Shown: piece after piece, positions 25,437-39,327 of the stretch
How the letters are laid out: every line of letters begins with the position of its first letter
Numbering within the stretch: position 1 is the stretch's first letter
Assembly: GCF_006345805.1 (NCBI RefSeq)
Contig: NC_043001.1
Span: 108,252,001-108,316,000, forward strand
DNA length: 64,000 nt
Direction: 5' to 3'
From: Octopus sinensis
Lineage: Eukaryota
Position numbers and translations under genes: made by a program
Notes under the pieces: generated by a model
What the model saw: the letters and a program-made list of their open reading frames with translations, nothing else
What the model was told of the DNA's origin: nothing
Databases searched by the model: none

Positions 25437-25767
25437 CTGAAATTGGAGAAAGACATTTGTGAGTTATGAACTGCAGAGCACCAAATACAAAATAGAATAT
25501 TGTCTGTGTGTGTGTGTGTGTGTGTGTTGTAAATCAGGTAATATAAGACGAATCAACTGCTGGAAGCATCACTGGATTAACCATTAAGCAAAATAAGCAC
25601 GTGCTTAGGGCATCAGCACACAAAAAAAATCGCTTTAAATTTGTTAAAATAATATTTGGAATGCCTTATTTCTACAAAGTTTAGAAGCAGATGGGTTACA
25701 TAAGATCAATTTTGTGGATCTGATTAAAGACTTTGCAATTAAAAAAGAGAAAGTTTTTCAAGTATAA

Positions 25768-26012
25768 ACAAGAGCACCCAGAGAGTGCAAACCTCCTTCA
25801 AGTCAACACCAATGTCCTCTCAACGATTAGCCAGAGATTATTTTTAAAATGAGATTATCTGAAATAAACTCGACTGCTCTCACAAACGAGAATACTAAAA
25901 ATCAACCCTAACCGCTCTCAAAAATTAAGTAAAAAAACATGAAAAATAGTACAGAATCCTTGTCCAGTACCGGATCGATCCCAAAATCTTATCAGTTCAT
26001 GCCAGTCATGAG
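25768..26012 (+). mobile_element. Helentron/HINE-like non-autonomous fragment
   Basis: ACAAGAGCAC.CAGAGAG.GCAAACCTCC head and CCGGATC..CCCAAAATC.TATCAGTTC motif resemble Helentron-associated repeats, judged from memory. Confidence 0.45.
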
Positions 26013-26134
26013 GCTGGATCTGGCTGGTTTGACCATAAAACAGGTAGAATATTTTGGCTGGATGATGATACGGCCAATTTAAATGCTGAAGAGTTAATCC
26101 ACTTCAATCCACTTTCAGTGTAGTTAATAATTAC

Positions 26135-26785
26135 AAGAGAGATATACCAGATAGCCAAAAGGGAGGCTGGGAGACAGGTATACATAGCCAAGGGTGAAGC
26201 AGAAAAGAAGAAGTTTGCCAATGTCCAGAGACGTGAGGACCGACCAAAGAACTGAAGTATTCTGGATTGCAAGACAATGTGCGAGAGAAAATTGTGATGT
26301 CACAGGAGAGAAATGTGTCCGCATGGATGATGGTGCACTTGCTTTTAATGATGTGGAAAAGAAAGAGGCTTGGAGGAACCATTATGAGAGACTGCTGAAT
26401 GTGGAGAATGGGTGGGAGGAGGAGAGCCTGTCAAATGTTGATCGAGTAGAGGAACCAGCTATCCGAATAGACGCACCCTGGAAGATAAAGCAATTAAGGG
26501 TATGAAACCAGGAAAAGCCCCCAACCCATCAGGAATCACTGCTGAGATGCTTAAAACATCTGGTGGTGTGGGCTATGGCCTAGTCACCCTTATTGTAAAC
26601 CAGGTAGTTCATGATAGAGTCATACCCAATGACTACCATAGCAGCATCATAGTCAACTGCTACAAGGGTAAAGGTGACGCTTTAGATAGAAATAACTACA
26701 GGGGTCTCAAACTGCTGGATCAGGTGATGAAGGTCATGGAGAGGGTCATAGCCGAACTAATTAGGGAGAGAGTCCGCTTAGATAA
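26135..26785 (+). mobile_element. RTE-clade LINE reverse transcriptase fragment with frameshifts
   Basis: MKPGKAP.P.GITAEMLK...YKGKGDALDRNNYRGLKLL..VMKV.ERVI is RT domain 0-2. Confidence 0.9.
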
Positions 26786-27346
26786 GCATGGCTGCAGTCA
26801 AATGACTCAAGCAAATAAAAGAATATTAGCCTCCTTTGTTTTTTTTTTCTTTAATAGCCTAATCACGGAAGCTTTCAGTATTTAACTCGTTCGCTACCAT
26901 ATTTTTGTTGAAGTAATATGCAGCCTTTGTTTTAATTAAAATTGAAAACAATAAAGAATTAAGCAAATTAATTTTGCCATTATTAAGCTGGTGTTTGACA
27001 CATAAATTACCGTTGGATTGCTTTCAAACAAGGTTTATATCATAAAACCAGAGGCAGTCTCAGGTAGGTTGGCATCAAAAGGGTTAATGCTAATGCTAGA
27101 ACACAGGAAACATGCTAGAAGCAGAGAAGAAAACCTGGAATCTTTTGGCACTGAGACCAAGCTTTTATTCGTCAAGCTGTGAAGTGATTCATCATTAAGT
27201 TTTGTAAAAATAATACGAATATTGAGTAAAAATAATATAACTGCTGTTTTATTACAAGTTAATTTTGATGAAAGTTCAAGGTCACCCTTTTTCCTTATAA
27301 TCTTTGTTGTTTTGAATGGTTCATAGGTGTGTGCATGCATGAGCAT

Positions 27347-27347
27347 C

Positions 27348-27436
<89 letters not shown>

Positions 27437-27672
27437 GCATATATATGACACACATGCAAACATGAATGTTTGTATGTATGTTTATATATATATATATATA
27501 TATACATACATACATACATACATATACATACATACATACATATATATGTGTGTGTATATATATATATATGACACACATGCAAACATGAATGTTTGTATGT
27601 ATGTTTATGTTTATATATATATATATATACATACATACTCACACATCAACATGTGTGTGTATGTGTGTGCAT
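27347..27672. repeat. Compound (TG)n/(TA)n/(CATA)n tract with an internal duplication
   Basis: GACACACATGCAAACATGAATGTTTGTATGTATGTTTA occurs twice. Confidence 0.9.
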
Positions 27673-30600
27673 ATAGAGTGGTACTTTTCTTCTCTTTATA
27701 CACATATAATAGATTTATTTGGGACACTACCAGAATAGAATCTAAATACATGACCAAAACCAACGATAACAGTTTGGAATTGTTCCCATTAGTGACTAAG
27801 ATAAATAAAGCAAGTATATGGTTTGGTAAGGGAATTTAAAGATGCTGTGTTTGAAGCACCAATGCAGGAATTATTCAGATTAAAGAAAGGATAATCAAAC
27901 GGTGAGTCTGAACTGAGCCAACATCAATAGAAATTAATTGAAATTGCTTATGGAAAATGATTAGAAGTGGTTTAAGAAAAACCTACTTTGCTAAGTTATA
28001 TATTCAGATTAGAAAATGAAGAAAGGAAAATTAATCAAGATCATAGGTGCAGGCATTGTTGTGTAGCAGAATCGTTAGCACGCCGGACAAAATGCTTAGC
28101 GGCATTTCGTCTAGCGTTACGTTCTGAGTTCAAATTCCACCGAGGTCGACTTTGCCTTTCATCCTTTCAAGGTGGATAAATTAAGTACCAGTTGCACACT
28201 GGGGTCGATGTAATCGACTTAATCCCTTTCTCTGTCTTTGTTTGTCTCCTCTATGTTTAGCTGCTTGTGGGCAATAAAGAAATAAGAAGCTTGCTTCCTA
28301 ACCACATGGTCCTGGGTTCAGTCCCACTGTGTGGCACTTTGGGCAAGTGTCTTCTAGTATAGTTTCAGGCCGACCAAAGCTTTGTGAGTGGATTTGGTTG
28401 ATTGAAACTGAAATAAACCCAGGTGTGTGTGTGTGACCACCGCTTGACAACCAGTGTTGGTGTGTTTATGTCCCTGCAACTTAGCAGTTTGGCAAAAGAG
28501 ATCGACAGAATAAGTACCAGGATTAAAAGAAAAAAAGCAAAAGATATAAGTATTAAGATTGATTCATTCAACTAAAACTTCAAGGCAGTGCTCCAGCTTG
28601 GCCACAGTGTAATGACAGAAACAAGTCAAAAATAAAAAAAAAGATCTCTAAATGTTGTACTAAAGAAACGAAAATATGGGAATTAGACCAAAGACAAGAA
28701 TCAATGAAATACAGAAAGTAGAACTTACAGACAAAAGGAAAAAGATAATGAAACCTTATAAAATATTTGGTAAAGAATGAATTCACAATCCAGTAACAAT
28801 GGAAAACAAATAGAAATGGTTACAGAACACAAAGAAATCAAAAGACAGTTTTCTGTCTTAAAGAATCCATTGAATACCAAACAGAAACTGAAGTGGAACT
28901 CTTGTGGGAGAAATTGTGAAACACATGGAAAGCTAAGCTAAAAATAAAACTACAAAATGCCATCATTATAAGACAGCAAGAAAAGTCTCTAAATAACCAA
29001 TGTCTGAAGAACTGGATAAGGTGAAAATAGATAAAGAATATAGCAGAACTTGTTGAGTTGAGAAATGCTTCACTGAAGGTTGAGGCTGAAGAATGAAAAC
29101 CTTCCTAACAGAAATCATCAAAAGCATGAAGTGAAATATATTGGTTTCAAATTTTAGCACAAGGCATGCAAAAAATGGTGGCAGAGCAACCCTCACTATG
29201 GACTCAGCTGATAGCCAGATCCATCCTATATAGAATAACATTGATTTGGCATAAGTCCAGCAGTAAGCAATGCTCAGACCTTGAACTGATACAAGTGCAG
29301 AACAATTTCAAGACATGAATCTCAGACAAGCCTCACTACCAATGTTGTAGTGTCTGTAGTGTTCACTTTACATCAACAGTACCTCCAATAGCATTGCTGG
29401 GTCAGGAGGGGATTTCTTAAAGTTCTTCATAGTACCCAGACCAAAAGTTCTTTAGAATAGACTATCCAAATTGGTCCTAATCAACACCAAAAATCTCTAC
29501 GAGAATGTCATCTCCCTTGCTGACCACAAACTTTCTATACAATGAATGGGTTGATGTGTCACTTGTCACACTGTCAAATAGGTACCAACCAGTGAGCATT
29601 TGTAAACATTCCAGATACCAAAAGCTCAATCTTAGTCATTGCATAATTCAAGACGGCATTTCCATCAAAGAGATGAGCTGCAAGAAAACATGCCTCCTAT
29701 ACAGCTACAATACATTCTCAGCCTTCAGGAATCCTTACAGCAGTAGATGGACCTTTTAACAAGTGGACCGTGTCCCTTTGACAAGAAGCTGAAAAGCAGA
29801 TGTTCAAATGTAATCACATAAAATCTGGGGCCAGAAATAATAATAAATAACCTAGACAAGCCATCATTTCCAACAGGTCTGGCTTAAACAGGAATCTTAG
29901 CATCTTAGAAGAAAGATTAATCTAGTATCATGTGTCTTGGTAGGGTCATTACGCCAAGAATAATAAACACATGCACTGGTTCAATATCACTCCTTTATTG
30001 TTAGTCAATTAGCTAAATATCTAAACAACTAACTAATTGATTGTTTGTTTAATATGTTGGTTAAAGAATCAATCAAGTCTTTTGGCAGACTTTGAAGAGA
30101 GGGGGCATGTCATTGATGAGGTTGCGAAGAGCGATAAAAAGACTGACAAACAACCAATTGTTTAACAAACATATTAAACACATGATCAATTAGTTAGTTA
30201 TGAAGAAGTGATACTGAATCAGTGTGTGTTTTTATTATTATTATTGGCGTAATGACCTTTCCACAACACAAGATTTGCTTCAACACGAGAATTTACATCA
30301 AGAATCTTGCAAACCAAATACAAAAACGAAATTAATCTAATAACTTATAACATTAAAAAGCATAGATTTGCCTCTCCAGGTGCCAACTTGTAAACCTATT
30401 GACATTTTCATGTTTAATGTCTATTCTTGTTACTACCATATGTTCCTTCAAGATCATGCCAAAACTATAATTCCCATGGGATTCAACTGTGTTATACTGA
30501 TATAATCTGCCATATGATAATAAATAACCAATAATTATAAAAACAATTCTTAACATTGATCTGTAGAAGAAGAACAAGAAGAAAATACGGAAATATAAAC

Positions 30601-32769
30601 AAAATGAAATCAATGAAGAAACTGATGAAATCTTTTAGGATATCTTCTTGGTTTCAGAGATTTTGCCAAATTAATTATTATAATTACTGTTTCAATGGAG
30701 GCAGAAGAAAGGAAAGTATTACATCCTAGATTCAAGAACCTGTAAATTTGATAGAAATTTCGAAAACATGCAAAGAGACATCGGAAATATGGCTGCTGAA
30801 ATGATTCAAGAGGCTTGTTTATCAATTGTCATCGTTTAATGTCCATTTCCCATGCTGGCATGGGTTGGATGGTTTGACTAGGGACTGGCAAGCCAAGAGG
30901 CTGCCCCAGGCTCCAATCTGATCTGGCAATGTTTCTACAGCTGGATGCCCTTCCTATAATGCCAACCATTCTGAGAGTGTAGTGGATGCTTTTTACATGC
31001 CACCAACACAGGAGCCAGTCAGGTGACACTGGCATCAGTTACATTTGGATGGTGCTTTTTATGTGCCACAAGCATGGGAGCCAGTCAGGAGGCACTGGCA
31101 TCGGTCACGTTCAGATGGTACTTTTTACGTACCACCAGCACAGGAGCCATTCGGGACGGTGGGTGGGAGAGGGTCTTGCATCGACCACATTCAGATGGTG
31201 CCTTTTTTTACATGTCACTGGCACAGTGATCCAGTCAGATGGCACTGGCATCAACCTTGGAGAATGAAAAGATTTTAGGGAGAAAATAGGACATGATATT
31301 CAAAGCTGTATATGATACAGCAGTATAACCCTAGGTGGGTCCTAATTGTAAAGACCTATGATCAGTACCTTCTCATTTTCTTTTGCATAAACTCCTTTAA
31401 TGGTGTCCCTTTTTGAGAGAATGAGTGATATATGTATGACTAAGAGAGTGTGTGTGTGTGTGTTGGCAGTAATATAGGGTATTGGTGACAGATGCTGTTC
31501 ACATGAGAGTAGAGGGCTTCCACTTCACTCACGGCTGGAGTGTCACAGTTGAACAAGGATTTGAGTTCTAACTGTACCAGGCTATCCTGCACTGCAGATT
31601 GGCACAAACCAGCAGGGTTTTAGTAGGGAGTTTATTTTAGTATGGAGATGAATGACAACCTCTCTGGTGCTGGTGCTATGAAAAAATGTACTCAGTAATC
31701 CCTGTAAAGTGATTGATGAATGAGCAGAGACAATATAGGGTTGAGATGATTGACAACTTCTCTCATGCTAAGAGAAAATGCCATCAGTACATTCTCTAAA
31801 ATGGTTGGTAATAGGCATCCAGTCATAGAGACAAAGCCAGAAATGGAACAGGAGTGAATCATGCTTGTCTGTCCTGTCTGGAAGGGAGGTAACTCCAAAT
31901 AACGATTGCACTGGGACAGCCTGCTCGAAATTTGACAAATATAAAATGATAAAATTCTTTTCTACCTTAGGCACAAGGGCCTGAAATTTTGGGGGAGGGC
32001 GCCAGTTGATTAGATCGATCTCAGTAGGGAACTGGTACTTAATTTTTCAACCCCGAAAGGATGAACGGCAAAGTCGAACTTGGCAGAATTTGAACTCAGA
32101 ATGTAAAGACAGACGAAATACTTATTTCTTTACTACCCACAAGGGGCTAAACACAGAGAGGACAAACAAGGACAGACAAACGGATTAAGTCGATTACATC
32201 GACCCCAGTGCATAACTGGTACTTAATTTATCGACCCCAAAGGGATGAAAGGCAAAGTCGAACTTGGCAGAATTTGAACTCAGAATGTAAAGACGGACAA
32301 AATACTGCTAAGCATTTTGCCAGCATGCTAATGCTTGTGCCAGTTTGATGCCTTATAAAATGATAATATTAATGATGATACACACATATGCTCAGCTTCC
32401 ATTTACCATATTTCCCTATGTTTTCCTCACAACATTTTCATCAGCTCAGGGTTATCTTAAACAGCATTTGCCAGAGGCACTAGGCAGAATGGGATTAAAC
32501 CCAGAACCACACAGCTGCTGTGCCCATCAGTGTATGAATTGAGAGAGATTTGGTTCCTATTTTTAACTGAATGAGCAACCACTAACGAGCTGTCTTGGTG
32601 ATTCAAAATAATTATAAGGAGAGCTGAACAATTCATGGGTAAATGCCTTCCATTGTATGAAGAATCTTTCTCCTCACATGCATCATTCTTTCACTGGCAG
32701 AATGTTCAGGAGAATCTAAAGGAAAATGAAAAACAGAAGTGGAGGTTTAAATAGATAAATGATATTTAC

Positions 32770-32825
32770 CTTAAGAAATACTGATTGGAGGACCTGGAAA
32801 GCTTGGATATTTCTCACACTAACAC
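32770..32825 (-). CDS. WDFY3: WDFY3 short coding exon (GVSVRNIQAFQVLQSVFLK), 56 nt
   Basis: TTTGCAG acceptor, GTAAA donor; phase 1 in, phase 0 out. Confidence 0.9.
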
Positions 32826-35059
32826 CTGCAAAGAAAATACAAGATTTCAATATTAGAAAATGAAAATGGCATGAAATGGCAAATAAGGAAATTTTACCCA
32901 CAGAAGTTATTTTGATTATTATCAGAATCCTCATCAATTAACAGCCACTTCCTATGCTCACATGGGTCAGACTGAATTTCTTGAGGCAGATTTTTTTTTA
33001 CAGCTGGATGCCCTTCATGTCACCAACACTTGCCTGTTTCCAAATAACTTAATATTCCCCAAACCCAAACATGTTTTCATAGATTTTTATTTTAAATAAT
33101 TTTATATTAGACCAAAGACAACTCTGACTGAGTAGACCTACGAACAAAGTTGTTATAGCCACCTCATTTTGCTCATTTTGTGTATACACACAAACATATA
33201 TATTGTGTTGTGTCTGGGGTGATTCATTCTCTTTTGGTGCCTCATTATTTAACACACTCACCGGTAAAGCTTCCACTCATTTACTTATTTTTCTAAAGTT
33301 CTAATTCCGTCTTGCAACCTTTTCAATAGTCGTTGACTCTGTCCATTATCTGAGCTGCATTCTTTTTGTTTGTTTGTGTGCATGTGTGTGGGTCAGTGTG
33401 TTTGTGTATACACATGCATGTATGTATGTATATGTGTGTGCATATGTATATATGTATGTTTGTGTATATGTATGCATTTGTATATATGTATGAATTCTGC
33501 ATATTTATGTGTTTGTGTGTTTTTGTGTATGCACGTGTGTGTGTGTGTGTGCCTCTGCCTCCTTATGTGTGAGTGTGTGTATGGGTTTTTGTGACTATGT
33601 ACTGTGTCTGTATGTGTGGATTTGTGTATCCATATGTGTCTTACAAGATTCTTTATGTGAGTTCGTGTATTGAAGCATATTTTGTTGTGTCTGGAGAGAG
33701 TCATTCTCAAATCCAAAAACGAAATATATATATACATATACTTTATTATTAAAGCTGCAAAAACATCACGAAAAAGTCTGCTACTCAGACTCAAATACTG
33801 AAGGTAGTCATCATCATCATCATGTTAAACAATGATGATGATGATGATGATGACTCTACCTTCAGTATTTGAGTACTATTTTTCCCCACCTTGTCTCACA
33901 TTTACGTGCTTCCTCTGGTGTATATATATATAGGGATACTTTGATGTAATATGTCTTTTCTTTAAAAGGCAGAAGTGTCTGAGTTCAGAGAATTAGCTGC
34001 TATTTCTAAAAAATTAAGTGATCAGAGACAGGCACCTTCATTGAGCTGTATAATGTTGTTGTTATTATTTAGACTCAGAACAACCCTAAACGAGGAGACA
34101 GAGGCAGCAGTGGTAGTGGTGGTGGTTGTTAAAGAGGATCCAAATCTCAACATTTCTCTTTTTATTTTCAACACGAGAATTTGGGGGAAATTTGGTTGCT
34201 ATTTCTAACAGGAAAAGCAACAACATGCAAACCCTGTCATTGGTTGGAGTGGAAATATATGTTGCTAATAGAAGTGGTGATGCAATTTGTGAAACAATTA
34301 CAACTATTCTGGGCTGGTTGTAAATATACACGAGGTCAATGCAATAACACAAACACCAATGGAAACTAATGTTATTCATACAAAATATTTTTAATTAGGT
34401 TCTTACTGATTATGTTCGAGATGAATGAATGGAATGCATCAGCTGGTGGATGTAGTATTGACTGTGCAACTAGCTGCATGTTATTAGTGTGTGTGTGTGT
34501 GTGTGTGTGGTGTGAAGCTTGTTTCCCGACCACATGGTTCCAGGTTCAGTCCCACTGCATGGCATCTTGGACAAGAGCCTTCTATTGTAGCCTCAGGTCA
34601 ATCAAAGTCTTCTGAGTGGATGCAGGAAATAGAAACTGAAAGAAACCTCTTGTGCAAGTGTATGTCTATGTGTCCCACCACTGCCTGACAACCAGTGTTG
34701 GGGTGTAACTTAGTGGGTCAGCAAAAGAGACTGATAGAATAAATACTAGGGTTCATAAAAACTAAGTATTTGGTGGGGTGGCGTGGGGGCTATTCCTTTG
34801 AATAAAAAATGGCATTCTTCAAGGCAGCAGTGCCCCAGAATGGCAGCAGTCTAATGACTAAAACAAATAAAAGGTAAGAGACTGTAATTAATGGTGTTGT
34901 TATGCCTGAATTAGTGATTAGTGAATTTTTTGTTATGATTGAATATGGTGGCAATCACCATCATCATCATCAGCAGCAATATGGTTCCTCAAAAATTCTG
35001 GGTTGGTGTTTGGTGTGTTGGAAGACGAATTGGTAGTGAGGCATCCCTTAACTTTTAGT

Positions 35060-35803
35060 TAAACTAACTTAGTTATCATTAAGCTAGTATTAGGAACATA
35101 AATTGCAACTAAGCTTTGGTGGAAGATTTTAATTCAAAACTTATGAAGACAAAACATTTGTACTACAGAGCCAGAGGCAGTTTCAACCGGATTGTACCGA
35201 AAGGGTTAAAAATATCATGGTGACTTTAACCCTTTCGTTATCATATTTATTTTGAGATGCTCTGTGTTTCTTTCAATTAATTTTAAATATAAGAAAGAAT
35301 TTAGTAAAATAACTTAGTTGTCATTCAGCTAGTGTTAGGAACATTAATTGTGACTAAGGTTTGGTGGAAGATTTTAATTCAAAACTTATAAAAACAAGAC
35401 ATTTGTACTCAAAGCCAGAACCGGTTTCAGTCGGGTTGGTAACGAAAGGATTAATAATTGTTTCTCTATCATATATTTTAACCCCTTTGTGATCATATTT
35501 CTGCTGAGAAGCTCTAATCCCTTTCAATTAATTTTTAAAATAACAAGGAATTTAGTAAAATAACTTAGTTATCATTAAGCTAGTGTTAGGAAGATAAATT
35601 GTGACTAAGGTTTGGTGGAAGATTTTAATTCAAAACTTACGGAAACAAGACACTTGTACTCAGGGCCAGAGGTGGTTTCAGCCAGGTTGGTAACAAAAGG
35701 GTTAATAAGGACAAAGTTATCTTAATAAATTTTTCATTATTCCCCAAACTGACTGAAACAAAATGTGTGTATTTCAACAGAAAAATGGTAACATAAGGGT
35801 TCA
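35060..35803. mobile_element. Cluster of piggyBac-like MITE copies (35060-35209 partial, 35226-35454, 35478-35705, plus an inverted fragment)
   Basis: Same family as 55001-55232, with TTAA at the intact ends. Confidence 0.8.
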
Positions 35804-35809
35804 ACCTAC

Positions 35810-35976
35810 CTTTCCCAGTGGCTTGTGGAACAGTGAATCCTGGCATTAGAAACAGTGAACCAGTGCTGGCTTGGCCAGGTTTTAATTCGACAAACCCACA
35901 TGTGGTTAACGAGCCAACAAGAAGCACAAGATTTCGGAGGGCTTGTTGACTGTCTTCACCCGGACTTAATTCTAAT
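35810..35976 (-). CDS. WDFY3: WDFY3 coding exon (LELSPGEDSQQALRNLV...PGFTVPQATGK), 167 nt
   Basis: TTTCAG acceptor, GTAGGT donor; phase 2 in, phase 1 out. Confidence 0.92.
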
Positions 35977-36580
35977 CTGAAACACAAGAAATTAATAAAG
36001 AAATACAAATTAATACAGGTAAAAAAAAAACAAAAAAAACATTAAATTAGACAAGTCATCATCTTCTCTCTGCCCTTGTCCTTTTACATTCAAATTGAAC
36101 CACCAACACTACCACCACTGCCACTACTGCCACCCCCACCTCTACCACTACTACCCTAACCACTGCCACCACTCCACCACCACCATCAAGGTTGGGGACT
36201 GAAAGAATGGAGAATCCTTAGCATGCCAGACAAATGGCATTTTTGTCCCTCTTTAAGTTCATGTCTTGTCAAGGTCATCTTGGCCCTTTATCCTTTCAGA
36301 GCCAAAAAAATAAGTACCTGCTGAGCACTGGTATAAATTCTAATCGACTTACCTCACTTACACCAAAATTTCGGCCACCTAAGCCATCACTGGACAGTCC
36401 AATGACGGCTTAGCTAACCATCAATATTATTCTTGGTAATACATACATATACATACATATATATATATATATAAAATAATAATAATATTAGGGAATAAAT
36501 CCAAACTTACAGGGAAAAATCAGATTTAGGATTAAATCCAATTTTATAGTATAAATATATTATATTATATTATATTATAT

Positions 36581-38272
36581 TATATTAAATTAGAGATAAA
36601 ACCACTATTGGGCAAATCAAACAGTGAAAAACATAAGCCAATACATAAAATTAATTTAATTTATATTATTTTAAATATATATCAAAAGTATTATAAGTTT
36701 AATAATAAATAAAGAGTAAAACACTACGATCGTTTCATGGCTGTACCAATTCGAATAACAATAATTTAAATTCAATTAATAATTCGAGTTATGGTTACAG
36801 TCAATCTTCAGGTTAATTGAAATATTAAAAAAAATAATCAGAAATATTTAAACAATATTTTTAAGATATAAATAATATAATAACATAAGGGACTAAAGCC
36901 ATCTGAATATGGCTAGGGACAGGGCAGGGTGGTGGGGGTGTTACTGTTGCATTTAGCCCCAGGCGAACATCGACGTCGCTAGATAGGCTTGACACCGTCA
37001 CGGTGTCCTTTAACCTGCAAAGGGAGATAATTCCCCGATGAAGCGGAAACCACACACGGACCATGGTTTCAAGGTGTATTGCCTATCGTCAACGTGTGGT
37101 AGGCCTCTGCTTCCTCGACGAAATCTCACTCTGTAGGTTATTCATATATAGATTTTCAAGCAAAATACATTTGCTGATTTCGAAAATCTGTTCGACAGCA
37201 ATAATAATTCTCTAAAAGAGATATAGACAGTAACTGCTCGATAACATAAGGGACTAAATGCAACAGTAACACCCCCACCACCCTGCCCTGTCCCTAGCCA
37301 TATTCAGATGGCTTTAGTCCCTTATGTTATCGAGCAATTACTGTCTATATCTCTTTTAGAGAATTATAATAATATAATAATTTTACTTATAATAAACTCT
37401 ATTATCAAACTAGAAACATAAAACTTAACAATTATGATTACATCAAAATCGACTATAATGTTAAATATTAATTTTAATTTATAAGGTAGGAAACCCACCA
37501 ATAATCTAATATCGGTAATAATCTATATCTAATTACATAAATATTTAAAAATGACTATTATATATAAATTATCATTGAAAATATATAAATGTATATAAAT
37601 ATTATAATTAAGATCTAAAATAATCTCTATAAATAAATATATATGCACATATAATAAAAACCTAATAAATTAATTTTTCATATTTAAAGATGAAATAGCT
37701 AATTTCAAAAATACAAATAAACAAACTTAAACGAACTTTCGGAAATCTTATGTAAAATAATCAATTCGTAGAAATATAGTATCGAATAAATACTATAAAT
37801 ATAATTATCAATGGGAATAACTAGCGAATATCAATTTAAAAAGACAATCACTAAGTTATGCTATTAAATTAGACATGGCCTGGACCAATCTTTAGTCGAA
37901 ACATATCTAAGTTTATCAAAGTTTATCTAATTTAATTATAAGAAATTTAAAACTACAATTAATACTATTAAAACATGTATATACAAAAGCCTAACTTTAT
38001 ATACCTCATATACTTGCTATCAAACAACAAATCTATCGCTAAGTAGTATCTTATGAATAAACTTAAATTTAATATCTAATAATATAGAAAATTACGATAA
38101 TTAGATCATTACATAAACAACGATATTTACATAAGGAAAATATTATTACACCAAAGACTTATAAAATATTAAAATTTACAATTTGAAGATCTTAAATATA
38201 AATAAATACTTATCTTAGCGAGGTTTAGTAATGATTTGCCTAATAGTGGTTTTATCTCTAATTTAATATATA
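36581..38272. mobile_element. AT-rich element with ~40-bp inverted ends and a minus-strand hammerhead-like motif; probable Penelope-like remnant
   Basis: TATATTAAATTAGAGATAAAACCACTATTGGGCAAATCA is inverted at ~38232-38272. CUGAAGA..GAAACGAUCGUA lies at 36811-36725. Confidence 0.55.
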
Positions 38273-38433
38273 GCTAGCATGGAAAACGGACGCTAAACAA
38301 GGATGATGATGATGAAGAAGTAAATAGATACCCCATAAAACATCGTCTTATGTTTATTCTAATTTGAAAAGGTTTATATTTTTATTAATTGACATTTTGA
38401 TGTTTCAGGTGCTATACATGTGATCGTTTAATC

Positions 38434-39327
38434 ATGTCATACACAAAAGAAGCCTTGGAACTGTCTGAATTTCAAAGAGGTCATCTTGTGGGTCAATCTC
38501 AAGGTGAACTTAGTCAGTGTAAAATTGCAGAAAACCTTGGGATCCTGCTTCCTACAGTTAATAGAATAACTGTGCAATTCACCAGAGAGGGGAAGGAGTC
38601 CACATCTCCTCACCCAGGTTGACCAGGGCCCTATCCTCTTAGGACAGCTGTCAGATATCTCCACAAACTTGGCTACTACGGCAGAGCAGCAAGTAGGAAG
38701 CCAATATCAAGCAGAGAAAAGTTTGGGACAGTGAGATGGAGAGGCCACTAGCATTTTGGACACTGTCATATTCTCTGAGGAGTTCAGATTTGCTGTATTT
38801 TCTGACAGTGGTTGAGTGTGGGTCTAGAGACTCTGTGATCAAGAATTTCATGTGAAAAGATTGCAGCCAACAATGAAACACGGCAGCTATTCTGTGATGG
38901 CCTGGGGAGCAATTTGGAGCAATGGTCGATCAGGGCTGGTGGAGTGTGAGGGAAACATAAACTCAGATATATACATGTCCATATTGCAGAAAGGACTCCT
39001 TCCAATCTTCTCCAGTGGTTAAATGATTAAAGAAGGCTATTTATGGAAGTTAGGGCTCCTTGTCACACGGTTAAAAAGACCCAAGATTGGTTGGAAGAGA
39101 ATGACATAAAAAAGTGTCCACGGCCAAGCCAGTCACCACCTCTGCAGCATAATGGACAGGACACTTAATAAAAAGAACAAGAAAACATCCTCAAAGCCAG
39201 ATCTTTCAAGAATTCTCTATGAAATTGGGCAAGAAATTCCACAAGAGAATATTCATCATCTAATCAGTAGCACGCCTTATAGGGTCCTTGCATTGAAAAA
39301 TGTTATGGGGCTTATCTACTGAATATA
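38434..39327 (+). pseudogene. Degenerate Tc1/mariner transposase
   Basis: HTH-like N-terminus ([12 protein letters not shown]...IAENLG...TVNRI), FSD, APCHT.K.T.DW, P.QSP and LISS.P.R motifs, with stops and frameshifts. Confidence 0.85.

Noticed and set aside
28640-29780. Possible decayed LINE or nested gene
   Set aside because: No recognisable protein motifs in any frame by eye, so no call can be supported.
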